Source of the DNA: Candidatus Entotheonellaceae bacterium
GTDB lineage: Bacteria > Tectomicrobia > Entotheonellia > Entotheonellales > Entotheonellaceae
Assembly (NCBI GenBank): GCA_965238075.1
Contig: OZ250173.1
Coordinates: 320,001 to 384,000 of the forward strand
Reading direction: 5' to 3'
DNA: 64,000 nucleotides
A program made the position numbers and the translations under genes. Under the pieces are notes generated by a model. That model was not told the origin of the DNA, did no database searches, and was given only the letters and a program-made list of their open reading frames with translations. The stretch's first letter is position 1; each line of letters opens with the position of its first letter. Shown piece by piece: positions 44,079-53,798 of the stretch.

Positions 44079-45167
44079 TCAGGCATGCTGAAGAGGCTTG
44101 GCAGGCCGTCTTGCCCTGTTCTGCCGTCCCGTTTTGAAGCCCACCAGTCGTTGTTGCTCCTCATCCCATAACTTGAGTGACGCCAGGCGCCAACATTGCC
44201 CGAGTTTTATGCGCGGCGGATGTTGCAACTGTGGGATGCCTCGAAAGCAGGCCTCGAGGTTGTAATTGGGAATGCGCGCGCTCAGATGGTGGATGTGGTG
44301 AAAGCCGATATTGGCGCTGAACCACTGCAGAAGACGGGGCAACTCGAGATAGCTACTTCCCAGCAGGGCCGCTTGGTGGAAATTCCACTCGTCGTGCGGG
44401 CGCCAATAGGTGTCCTCAAATTGATGCTGCACGTAAAACAACAAGCCTCCGCAACACGACGCAATCAGCATGATGGGGACCAGGATCATCAGAAAGGACG
44501 TGAAACCGATGGTGAACGCCATCACAACGGCGACCAGCGCCAGCATGGCATTCGTCAGATGGGCGCTGCGCCACTCGCGCTTCCAAGCCGACGGGATCCT
44601 CCACGGAAAGCGGTGAAACACCAGAAAAAGCAAGAAAACGCCAATGCCAAACATGAACAGCGGGTGCCGATAAAGACGGTACAGGCGCTGTCGTGCCTTG
44701 GGGAGCGCGGCGTACTCCCTGACGGTCAAGGTTTTGACATCGCCGTGCCATCTGCGATTGAGGTCGCCGGAGGTGGCATGGTGGATGAGGTGCGTTTTGC
44801 GCCAGAAGGCGAAGGGCGCCAGCGTCAGCACGCCGAGCACGAACCCCAGCACGTTATTCGCCCTGCGCGAGGAAAAGAACGACCCGTGCGCGCAATCGTG
44901 CAGGATCATGAACAACCGCAGGTAAAAGCCGGCGGCCGGCACGGCCAGCAAGCACGTCAGCCAGTAGCCGTACTGCAGGCTATGGAACATCAGGTACCAG
45001 CACATGGCGTAGGGCAGTACCGAGGTGAGGATCTGGCAGATTGCGCGGCGCCGGCTCGAACGCTGGTAGGGCGCTAACGCCCCTCCTATCGAACTGTCCG
45101 CCGGTGGCATTTTTGCGGGGCTGGCAGCGGGTTGTACGTCCTTTTCCGGGGGATGTTTGGCAGTCAT
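44079..45167 (-). CDS. Membrane fatty acid desaturase
   Basis: Three His boxes HDCAH, HLIHH, HHIHH; IPNYNL. Confidence 0.92.
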   Translation of the reverse strand: MTAKHPPEKDVQPAASPAKMPPADSSIGGALAPYQRSSRRRAICQILTSVLPYAMCWYLMFHSLQYGYWLTCLLAVPAAGFYLRLFMILHDCAHGSFFSSRRANNVLGFVLGVLTLAPFAFWRKTHLIHHATSGDLNRRWHGDVKTLTVREYAALPKARQRLYRLYRHPLFMFGIGVFLLFLVFHRFPWRIPSAWKREWRSAHLTNAMLALVAVVMAFTIGFTSFLMILVPIMLIASCCGGLLFYVQHQFEDTYWRPHDEWNFHQAALLGSSYLELPRLLQWFSANIGFHHIHHLSARIPNYNLEACFRGIPQLQHPPRIKLGQCWRLASLKLWDEEQQRLVGFKTGRQNRARRPAKPLQHA

Positions 45168-45353
45168 ATGGTGGCGGCCTGTTTAGGGGCCGTTTTTTCA
45201 GGCGGCTTGCGCCCGGTGGGAGAAAAAAGTTTGAAGGTATAGAGACCTATTTGTGAGCATGGGAGATGATGTACCGGATTTCTGCCGGTATTCTCATTTT
45301 CGACGTATCGTCGACCTCGGCGAGTGCGTCCAGTTACCACAAGACGACCTCCG

Positions 45354-45767
45354 TCATCGTGTTCGGGTTTTCAGCAGGTCGGCATCACCAATCACCACAG
45401 CCAAGATTGAAGGCTCCCCAAATTCAAAAGCGGTATTCAATCTATGCGCACCGTCGAGGCGCTCATATCCGTGTAGCCCCACCTTTAGCAGCAGGATGGG
45501 CAGGTAACGGTATTTTGTCTGCCAGTCCGCCCGGACGACGGCCAGTTTCGGGGAACGCAAGAATTTGAGAAGCGGGGCGTCTAGGTCTCTCAGTAGGACG
45601 CGCTGCGCTGGCAAGAGTTCAAGAACCGCCCTCCATCCCCTCACAAATAATTCCCCGCCGTGCTGATTCATGGAACACTTCCGAACGCGGCGGCGCTCGT
45701 CGGCAGTCGGAATGTCACCAGCTTCCCACCCCTCGATTGTGCGTTCAAGGTCGGCCCATGGTCGCAT
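45354..45767 (-). CDS. Hypothetical protein with ParB/Srx-like motif
   Basis: RBS GAGGAGG; PILL...LDGAHRL...FGEPSILAVV. Confidence 0.45.
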   Translation of the reverse strand: MRPWADLERTIEGWEAGDIPTADERRRVRKCSMNQHGGELFVRGWRAVLELLPAQRVLLRDLDAPLLKFLRSPKLAVVRADWQTKYRYLPILLLKVGLHGYERLDGAHRLNTAFEFGEPSILAVVIGDADLLKTRTR

Positions 45768-45932
45768 AACAGGTTGCCCTCCTCGATGCGGCAATCACCC
45801 TGCCGTCAGCACTCGGCGCTGCAATCGCTTCCGCACAGGATGTTGCGCCGCTATACTGTGGCGTCCTCGGCAAGTCTCGAATTTTGACGACTCGAACCTT
45901 CATTGCCTCACATTCTCATTGCGTCCTGCATC

Positions 45933-46122
45933 TCAATCGGCATCACCAATCGGCAGCCAGCACACCTTAATCTCCGTCTCCCCCAACTCTCGTGCCAGCA
46001 AGAGCCGCGAATGACCTTCAAGGTCGTCTATCCGTGGTGGTCGGCCTCGCCGCCGTTGCAATAGTATCGGCCAGCGGCGATGTTTCGGCCAGTTCCCCCT
46101 CATCCTGCCCTGAGTCCATTTC
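45933..46122 (-). pseudogene. 5'-truncated ParB/Srx-like gene fragment
   Basis: PILL...EGHSRLLLARELGETEIKV; cut by the Tn3 IR at 46123. Confidence 0.4.
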
Positions 46123-46380
46123 GGGGTCGTTTGCGGGAGAGGGCGATTTAATACCCTAAGCGCAAGGATACACTTTCCGTGTCCGCGCAGCTTGCTTCTC
46201 AGTCCAACATGGCGGTAAAGCGTGACAGGTTTGACACGGATTCTCGGTGGCAACGGATATGTCCCGACTTTTCATCGTAGCTTGAAGAGGCGGACTTGGA
46301 CCTTTCGTTCCCTGGCACAGGCGGCGAAGATGCCGAAAACGAGGCATCCGGTCACTATTGTCGTATCGATCCGCTCGTCG
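46123..46380. mobile_element. Orphan Tn3-family end (Tn5393-like IR) with resolvase remnants
   Basis: 38-bp GGGGTCGTTTGCGGGAGAGGGCGATTTAATACCCTAAG; minus-strand fragments IDTTIVTGCLVFGIFAA and VKPVTLYRHVG. Confidence 0.75.
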
Positions 46381-46723
46381 TTGAATAGCACTGGCGCCCT
46401 TAAGAGGGTATTAGCCCGATTCGTGGAAAAATGCACGGCAAGAAACGATAAAGCCAAGAATTTCAACGCCATTCTCTTGAGGTTTGCCGAGGCAACCTCC
46501 GCTCCCGGGAATCTCGTTCCCACCCGCACGGCTCGGTGTCTGCAAGAGTGCTATCGTCAAGATAACCGGCGTGTTACAGCCTCCCGTGCATCATTTCATC
46601 GACTCAAGAAACGTCAAGCCGAGTCCTTAACGGGCAAAATTACACCAATCGGGGTGGTACCCTTACAACAAGCATGCGGTGCGTTCGCACGGGGTGAGGT
46701 TGAAAGAATGAAGGGGGGATGTG

Positions 46724-46891
46724 ATGGCGAAGGATTACGAGGCGGCGGAAGCGTTGGCCGCAAGGTTGATGGAAATCGAGGCTGAGATAAGCAAGCAAGG
46801 GCACAAGTTGGACGCGGTTGCGCGGGAAGTCGAGGCGGTGGAGAACACGGTGGGGGTGCTCGTCGAGGCGCTAGAGGCGACGGGGGGGTGA
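46724..46891 (+). CDS. Small coiled-coil phage-like hypothetical protein (55 aa)
   Basis: Not in ORF track; MAKDYEAAEALAARLMEIEAEISK...; purine-rich RBS; TGATG coupling to the next ORF. Confidence 0.45.
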   Translation: MAKDYEAAEALAARLMEIEAEISKQGHKLDAVAREVEAVENTVGVLVEALEATGG

Positions 46892-47076
46892 TGAGTGACG
46901 ATAAGGAAGTAACGCGGGCCGAACTGGAAGGCTTGTTGTGGGAGTGGATCAAAGACAGGACGCATGAGGATGACCAGAAGATAGCCGTTGCGCGTCTCTT
47001 GCATGAGTCTATCAGTGTAAGGGAGCGGATGCGCTCAGGGGCGCACAATGACGCGCGAGGGCCGCTTGCAGGATAA
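46891..47076 (+). CDS. Small phage-like hypothetical protein
   Basis: Coupled to the previous ORF; lies directly upstream of the terminase remnant. Confidence 0.4.
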   Translation: MSDDKEVTRAELEGLLWEWIKDRTHEDDQKIAVARLLHESISVRERMRSGAHNDARGPLAG

Positions 47077-47154
47077 AATGGGAGCCCACGGCGCCAGCCG
47101 ACTAGGGAAGGTAACGGAAGGGTGGCCTTTTGTGTAACGAGAAGGGCGATAGAG

Positions 47155-48281
47155 GTGATTGAACTCCGACCTTTTCAACACCAATTCATCCGTGAGGCGA
47201 CGGCGCCGGGCATTTGGCTGCCCGTGTTCTTTCTCCTGACGACCCCCTTTTTGTCCCCGGCACTGAGTCTGTCCTATGCGCAGCGTCCATCGAACAGGCA
47301 AGAATCACGTTCAGGTTTGCCCGCGGTGAGTTAGAGCCGAGAGGCGGGTATAGGTTCCTGGATTCTCACACGCGGATTGGGATAACGCACCGGGACACCA
47401 ACACGCGCTTGCGGGTGATTGGTTCCAATGGCCGGACGGCTATGGGGCTTGTCGAGTGTCCCTGGGCGATATGCGACGAACCGGGCGCATGGGAAACCAA
47501 CGGCGGACAACTACTGCATGACGCCATAGAGACGGCGAAGGGCAAGCCGGGCTCGCCATTGCGGGCACTGCACCTTGGCACCTTGGCGCCTGCCGAAAGT
47601 GGTTGGTGGCATGACCTGGTTGACGGTGGAAGCCATAACACGACCTATGTTCAAGCCTTGCGCGGGGATCCCGAGAAGTGGGATCAGTGGCAGGAAATAC
47701 GACGATGCAATCCGTTGACGGCCGTATCGGCTGCGTTTCGCCAGAAGCTATTGCAGGAACGCGACGCGGCGCGGCGTGATAGTCGGCTCAAGGCGCGGTT
47801 CCTGTCATACCGTCTCAACATACCAAGCGCCGACGAAGCCACCATGTTGTTGCATGTAGACGATTGGCAGCGGGTGCTAGACAGACCTGTACCACGGCGC
47901 GAAGGGCGGCCCATATTTGCCTATGACCTTGGCGGCGGCCGGGCGTGGTCGGCTGCGGTGGTGTTGTGGCGCAATGGTCGAGTTGAAGCGTTGGCGGTGG
48001 CGCCCGGCATCCCTGGCATTGACGAGCAAGAAGCGGGACCGGATGGCGCGGGGAACGTACCGTATGCTGCTACAGAACGGCTCCCTGCACGTTGCTGAGG
48101 GCCTGCGGGTAACAGCCACCTGCTGCGCTTCATGGTGCTGCATGCCGAGCGTTTGGGGTGCCTGATGGCATAATCTGCGATAGGTTTCGGCTCGGAGAAT
48201 TGCGCGACGTTGTGGGCGCGGTAGGTGTTTACCCGCGTATAGCAAGATGGAGTGATGCGACGGCGGACATACGGGCCTTGC
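47155..48281 (+). pseudogene. Phage terminase large subunit remnant
   Basis: IELRPFQ Q-motif, AASIEQAR, Walker B AICDE, NP, nuclease AYDLG, ICDRFR; Walker A missing, several frameshifts, cut by Tn3 IR. Confidence 0.75.
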
Positions 48282-48301
48282 GGGGTCGGTTGCGGAAAAG
48301 G

Positions 48302-48419
48302 GTAGAGTCGGCGACTGGCGCGGTTGCGGTAGGCGGACGGGGGTAGCTGTTCCCGGCGGCTTTCGCAATGCCGGTGCCTCACTCCTCGCCGTGGCTCCGT
48401 TTCCAGTCGCCGCTCTCCG
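48302..48419 (-). ncRNA. Group II intron 3' remnant A (domain VI)
   Basis: Minus strand GAGCGGCGACUGGAAACGGAG...UGAGGCACCGG...GCGAAAGC...ACCGCGCCAGUCGCCGACUCUAC; long hairpin, candidate branch A at -7, AC terminus. Confidence 0.75.
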
Positions 48420-48566
48420 GTAGGGTCGAAAACTGGCGCGGTAGCCACAGGGGCGGGGAGTCGCAGTTGGCCGGAGGCTTTCGCCATCTCCCGGTGCCTC
48501 AGTCCGCCCCTTAACTCCGTTTCCAGCTTCCGCCACGTCGTACGCAGCATGCGGATTTCCCGCACT
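48420..48566 (-). ncRNA. Group II intron 3' remnant B (partial domain V plus domain VI)
   Basis: Minus strand AGUGCGGGAAAUCCGCAUGCUGC (D5-like) followed by GCUGGAAACGGAG...ACCGCGCCAGUUUUCGACCCUAC. Confidence 0.8.
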
Positions 48567-48600
48567 AGGCCTTTGAGTAGTAATGGAACAGAAAATAGTG

Positions 48601-49272
48601 TTAAGCGTTGCTGAGTTGACGGCCGGCGTCTTTCGGCGACCCGGTGCCGTTGGCGTATTGACCTCGGGGCATGAGATGGCGAGAGCGCATGAAATGATAG
48701 AGCGTCGAGTGGTCTACTCCGGTGATCTTGGCAATCGACGCCTTTGAGACCTTGAGGTCCAGGAGCCTTTGAATTTCGTCTTCCTTGCCATTGAATCTTG
48801 ACTGCCCCAATTGTCCCTTTGGACGCCCCAGGCGTTTACCCGAAGCCCGTGCTGCCGCCAGTCCTTCCTTCGTTCGCATGGAAATGAGTTCCCGCTCGAT
48901 TTCCGCAAACAAGCCGAACAACGTCACCATGACCTTGCTGTGCAAATCCTGCTTGCCCGCCAGACGAATGCCTTCCTTGATCGCCAGAAACCGGACCTGT
49001 TGCTTCAGCAAGGCATCCACCGTGGCAATCACCTCGCCTACCGAGCGGCCCATGCGGCTCAACTCGCTGACAACGAGGGTGTCGCCCGGCTCCAGCCGTG
49101 CCATCCAGAGGTCGATCTGTCGTGCTTTGGGCGAGCGCCTCGACGACACGCTGAGCTCCATGAAGGCGCTGACCTCGAACTTTTCCTGGCGGGCAAACTC
49201 CAGGATCGCCAGGCGTTGATTTCCGACATCCTGCGAGTCCTTCGAGACGCGTAAATAGGCGATCGTCTTCAT
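48601..49272 (-). CDS. Serine recombinase (resolvase/invertase)
   Basis: AYLRVS, SELSRMGRS, AEIERELISMRTKEGL, LGRP, C-terminal HTH. Confidence 0.93.
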   Translation of the reverse strand: MKTIAYLRVSKDSQDVGNQRLAILEFARQEKFEVSAFMELSVSSRRSPKARQIDLWMARLEPGDTLVVSELSRMGRSVGEVIATVDALLKQQVRFLAIKEGIRLAGKQDLHSKVMVTLFGLFAEIERELISMRTKEGLAAARASGKRLGRPKGQLGQSRFNGKEDEIQRLLDLKVSKASIAKITGVDHSTLYHFMRSRHLMPRGQYANGTGSPKDAGRQLSNA

Positions 49273-49624
49273 GGCGCGGCCATTCTGTGGAAGCTATCCT
49301 TTATTTGGGACTATTTCCTACGGTATGGATGGAGTAATCCTGAGCCTTTCCTTTCGGCATATCCGTTTGGAAGAAACGTTCGTTTTGTCCTGACAAGTCA
49401 TGGCCGCCATCGACCCTGAGAGCCCCTCTCGTTTGATCCGAGGCACCGGGTTCCCGGAAACTGAAGGCATGATTGATTGGAAGTTTGCCAACAGTATCCG
49501 GTCCTTTGATGACACGGCGCCCCACCGGTTGATCCATCCAGGCTTACAAGAGGTCATCCAGTCAGAGTTCGCCCCCGTGTACAATTCTTTGTACAAATCT
49601 TGCGATGATGCCAGCATCTCTACA

Positions 49625-51094
49625 TCAACGTATGTCCGTCCACGGCTGGGGGATTCTCAGCGAGATATGGAAGCTCTGAATAGGATCGAGACCGACGGTG
49701 ACCTCGATATCCAGCAGCCGGGCGAGGGCCTGCACGATTGACAGCCCCAGTCCCCCGTGCTGCTGGGCAGATCGAGCGGGATCCTTTTGCCAGAAACGGT
49801 CGAACAGGTAGGGCAGATCGGATTCGACAAGTTCGTCCGAGCGGTTGGCGATGGTCAATTTCACGCACCCCTTCTCTTGGGTAGCAAAACAGCGAATGCC
49901 TTGTCCCCGTTTGCCATGGACGATTGCGTTGGATAACAGGTTGGTGACCATAAGCCGCAACTTGTCGCGATCCGTTTCCACTGTGCAGTCATCCGCAACC
50001 TCCAGGTGCAACGAAACGGTCCGCTCGGCGGCCTGTGTCTTGAGATCCTGCCAACAGCCTTGAACCAGGGAAGCCAGTAAAAACCGGCTTTTGTCGGCCA
50101 TCTCGATGCCCGCCTCCATGCGCGATAGCGACAGCAGGTTGACGACTATGCACTCCATCTGGTTGGCGATCTCACGAGTATCCTCGAAGTACTGGCGCAC
50201 GGCCGATACGTCGTCTGGCCAACGAAAACCGATTTCCGACAAGTTGCGCAACTCAGCTATCGGGGTTCGTAATTCATGTGCGAGGTTGCTCGACAGTGCC
50301 CGTTCGCGAGCGAAGGCTATATTCAGACGTTCAAGCAAATCGTTCAGGTACTCCAAGAGCGGCACGAGTTCCTTCGGTTGGAAAAGGAGAGAAATCCGCG
50401 CGTCGAGCGATTCAGCGTCGAGTTCGCGGATCTGCCGGGTCACGATTCCCAGCGGTCGCAGTCCGATACGAAGCGCGGCTGCGACCAGCCAGGCAAGGAA
50501 AGCCAGGAAGGTGACCACAAAGCCGGCAAGGAAAAGAATCAGTGTCCTGAACTGGGCATCAAGGTGCTCCCGGCTGCGAGCCACAGCGATGGATGCCACA
50601 TGCAAACCCGTATTGGCGCCGATTCTGGTCGGATCGAGTGGAACATCGACATCCACACCGTTGTCGTCGTCAATTTGCGGTACGAAGTCCAGTTGGATCA
50701 ATCGCCCGCGATGACCATCCGGCAGTTCCAGGTTGAGAAATCTCGGCTGTGGGAGGCGAGGGCTGAGGTGAGGGAGGTTGAGGACGCCGAGGGACCGGGA
50801 ACGCTCGAGTACATGTTCGTCGTCGATCCAGAGCTGGAAGTACTCCGGCTTTTGAATTCGTTCGAACTCCGGCATGTATTCGTCGGCGAAATTGAACTCG
50901 ACTCCGGATATATCCTGCTCTGTCAGGGTCATCAACGCCCTGGCCTTACTCTCCAAAGCCTGATCGAATTCCCGTTGCAGCCAGTCCTCGATTATCAGGT
51001 ACAAGATAACGGTCACCAGCAGCAAGAGCAGACCTGCCCCGGAGAGCAGCCATCGCCTCAACCTGTGATGAATTGACCACTCTCTATGTCTCAT
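49625..51094 (-). CDS. Sensor histidine kinase (CusS/QseC-like)
   Basis: Two TMs, AHELRTP, NLLSNA, FDRF, GLGLSIV. Confidence 0.92.
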   Translation of the reverse strand: MRHREWSIHHRLRRWLLSGAGLLLLLVTVILYLIIEDWLQREFDQALESKARALMTLTEQDISGVEFNFADEYMPEFERIQKPEYFQLWIDDEHVLERSRSLGVLNLPHLSPRLPQPRFLNLELPDGHRGRLIQLDFVPQIDDDNGVDVDVPLDPTRIGANTGLHVASIAVARSREHLDAQFRTLILFLAGFVVTFLAFLAWLVAAALRIGLRPLGIVTRQIRELDAESLDARISLLFQPKELVPLLEYLNDLLERLNIAFARERALSSNLAHELRTPIAELRNLSEIGFRWPDDVSAVRQYFEDTREIANQMECIVVNLLSLSRMEAGIEMADKSRFLLASLVQGCWQDLKTQAAERTVSLHLEVADDCTVETDRDKLRLMVTNLLSNAIVHGKRGQGIRCFATQEKGCVKLTIANRSDELVESDLPYLFDRFWQKDPARSAQQHGGLGLSIVQALARLLDIEVTVGLDPIQSFHISLRIPQPWTDIR

Positions 51095-51761
51095 GAAGGG
51101 TCGCTACCAGATAGCCGTAGCCGCGACGCGTGACGATGACAGGAGGCTCACCGGGGATCTGGATCTTCTTGCGCAAACTCGAAACCAGAACCTCGACAAC
51201 GTTGCTCGAAACTTCGGCATCGCTGGGATAGAGCCGATCCAGCAGAACTGACTTGGAAAAGATATGGCCAGGGCGCAGGGCAAGCACGTGGAGGAGTTTG
51301 TATTCGGATGGCGTCACATGAATGAGTTTCCCGGCTCGCTCCACCTGCTTTCGCACGATGTCTATCACGACTGGACCAATTTCAATCCGGGTTTTTTTCT
51401 GTTCGTAGCGGCGCCGAATCAGAGCGTGAAGCCGTGCGCACAGCTCGTCGAAGTCAAAAGGTTTGACCAGATAGTCATCCGCGCCCATCTCCAACCCGCA
51501 AATCCTGTCCTCGACCTGATCCCTGGCAGAGAGAATAAGCACATGAGTCTGATGGGTTTTTCTGATCGTCTCCAAGACGTCGAGGCCGCTGATGCCGGGC
51601 AGCATGAGGTCCAGCACGACGACGTCATATTCGTAGGCGCGCAAGTAGCCCAGACCTTCGACGCCGTCGGCAGCAAGATCCACCGCGAAGTTGGCTCTCT
51701 TGAGGCCGTGCCCAAGCGACCGCCGCAAGCGCTCGGAATCCTCGATTACCAGAACCTTCAT
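51084..51761 (-). CDS. OmpR-family response regulator
   Basis: LVIED, VLDLMLP, GADDYLVKPF, TRRGYGY. Confidence 0.94.
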   Translation of the reverse strand: MKVLVIEDSERLRRSLGHGLKRANFAVDLAADGVEGLGYLRAYEYDVVVLDLMLPGISGLDVLETIRKTHQTHVLILSARDQVEDRICGLEMGADDYLVKPFDFDELCARLHALIRRRYEQKKTRIEIGPVVIDIVRKQVERAGKLIHVTPSEYKLLHVLALRPGHIFSKSVLLDRLYPSDAEVSSNVVEVLVSSLRKKIQIPGEPPVIVTRRGYGYLVATLHET

Positions 51762-52009
51762 GGATGTCTCCTCTTGCCGACCTGGGAAATTTGCCAAGGC
51801 TCCAGGCGCTTTCGTTGCGACGCACCCGCACCAAAGCGTGCTTGTGGTCCTCCGTGCCGGCTCGGGTGGTGCGGCCAGTACTCGGCGCCGACTCCCGGAC
51901 GCCGGGTTCTCTGGTTCAAGGGCTCGAAGCGCCGGCCAACCGGCCATCTGGCGTCGACCGATGCGGGACTCCGCAACTCTCGACGATCAGACCTGCCTCC
52001 ATTTGTACG

Positions 52010-52717
52010 TCACCATGCGTATTGCAGGCCGAGGAAGAATCCAAACTCATTGTAGTTTCCGATTTCGCGGCTCAGGTTTTCATCGACGCTATCAATGGTC
52101 GTCGTTGCCGATACGTCCACCTTGCCAAAGTGGTAATCATCCTGGATGCCCAATTCCAAGCGTAGGCGATCGGATAAGTCGTAACGCAAGCCGGCACCAA
52201 ATGTCGGTACCATCTCCCACCCACTGCCGGCATGGACTCGATAGTCGCCACCGTCGACCAAATCGCCTCTCACCCCGCCATACGTGAAATAGGCCAGCCC
52301 CAGACCAGCGGACGCGAAAACGCTGGTTCTGCCGCCATCAAAAGGTCGCCATGACCTTTCTGCGCGTACGCCGAGAACGTGAAACCGGGCGCTGGAATCG
52401 ATCTCCGTCGTCTTTCCGAAAGCGTCTCTGTCGTTGGTCACCAAGCCGAGAACTCTTGTAGCGGGCACCTCGAAATCGAGCATTCGGAGACCGTAGTATA
52501 AATCGAACGCTATGCTTTCTTTCCATGGATAGCGCAGATAAATCTCACTACCCAATGCATCGTTGCCCGGCTTGCCATTGCCGAGTTGCACTATCCCCCG
52601 CAAGCCTACGGAAAATTCGTCTTCGTCTGCCGCTGCTGGGACTGCGGAAAAGGCCGCCGTGCACAGAAGAGCGATGACAAAACAGATATTCCAATGTCGT
52701 GTGATTCTCGTCTTCAT
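52010..52717 (-). CDS. Outer-membrane beta-barrel protein
   Basis: Signal peptide, alternating beta strands (FASAGLGLAY, FGAGLRYDL), C-terminal aromatic (GLQYAW). Confidence 0.75.
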   Translation of the reverse strand: MKTRITRHWNICFVIALLCTAAFSAVPAAADEDEFSVGLRGIVQLGNGKPGNDALGSEIYLRYPWKESIAFDLYYGLRMLDFEVPATRVLGLVTNDRDAFGKTTEIDSSARFHVLGVRAERSWRPFDGGRTSVFASAGLGLAYFTYGGVRGDLVDGGDYRVHAGSGWEMVPTFGAGLRYDLSDRLRLELGIQDDYHFGKVDVSATTTIDSVDENLSREIGNYNEFGFFLGLQYAW

Positions 52718-53106
52718 TTGAAGCTGTCCTCCCGTTTCCTGCCGGTATAGAAACTTGCGAACTGAACCTTGTCGCCGAAACCACGTTGGCGGTTGTCTTC
52801 TTGTATTTAATTCCATCAACCTGAAGATTTGCTGAACATTCGCGGCCCGGCAACGTCTCTGCGAACGAAAGCGGAACTGAGGTGGCGCGCGCCCCGCCCT
52901 CGACCCCGACGTTGCCCCCTGGCGCAAACGACCACGGCTACGCCCGGTACGGGGACCAAGCAGCAGGATTCCTTAACGACCAAAATTGTTCCATTGCTAT
53001 CGGAAAGCCAACATGGCCCCATTGCGTCCGGTCGGCGGCGTGTGGCAAGGTATCCGGGCGCGTGAATCGCCACGCGCCAATGGTTTGCTCACAGGGAGGA
53101 TGCAGG

Positions 53107-53550
53107 ATGCAGAAACGTCGCTTCATGGGTATTGGTATCACTGTTCTGGGTGGTCTTTTGTTGCTGTCTGTGCCCGACGAGAGCGTGGCGGGCGCCCACC
53201 TCATCTACGAAAGAATCGGTTACCAGTCTGGTGTGGAAACCGTGGTCGATTATTTCCTTGCCAATGTCGGCAGGGATAACCGGGTCAACGGTCGTTTCGC
53301 CGACACGGACATGGCCCAACTCAGAGGCTACCTGATCGACCAGGTGTGTGAAGCCACTGACGGCCCGTGCACCTATAAGGGGAAAAACATGCGGGAGGCC
53401 CATGCGGGCATGGGAATTACCGAGGCGGAGTTTGCCATCATCGCCGGGCATTTCGCCGCGGCGATGGAGAAGGCCGGTGTCAGCGCGTCGGATCACGCCG
53501 CGATTATGGGTGTGCTCTCGGGCATGCACGACGACATCGTTGGGCACTGA
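53107..53550 (+). CDS. Group I truncated haemoglobin with signal peptide
   Basis: IYERIG, D-x-R-V-N-x-x-F, GPCTYKG, proximal EAHAGM, ITEAEF. Confidence 0.88.
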   Translation: MQKRRFMGIGITVLGGLLLLSVPDESVAGAHLIYERIGYQSGVETVVDYFLANVGRDNRVNGRFADTDMAQLRGYLIDQVCEATDGPCTYKGKNMREAHAGMGITEAEFAIIAGHFAAAMEKAGVSASDHAAIMGVLSGMHDDIVGH

Positions 53551-53798
53551 CCCTAAGCGCTTATCAGAACCTGCCCGCATCGCCCCCAGTCGGCGACGTG
53601 TGGCAGGGTATTCGGGCGCGCTTGTAGCGCGCCAATAGCTTGAAGGTATGCCGCCCCGGTCGCCGGAAGGTCGCCGACGGTGCCGGGGCGGTCGCGTCGG
53701 ATCGCGCTTTTCACCGGCCATCAAGCCGACCCCACCAGGCCGGAATGTTGACATATCATCCCTTATTGGAAGTTGGGAGAAAGTTGTGAGCGTACGTA

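Noticed and set aside
37995-46700. att duplication of the ssrA 3' end
   Set aside because: No copy of TGGAGGCGGCGGGAATCGAACC found by eye; an exact search is needed to exclude a short remnant.
48302-48540. Tandem riboswitch, ribozyme or CRISPR-like repeat
   Set aside because: Only two units, no spacers or cas genes, and no glycine, c-di-GMP or hammerhead core. The D5-like segment and CGACYCUAC ends fit group II intron 3' ends better.
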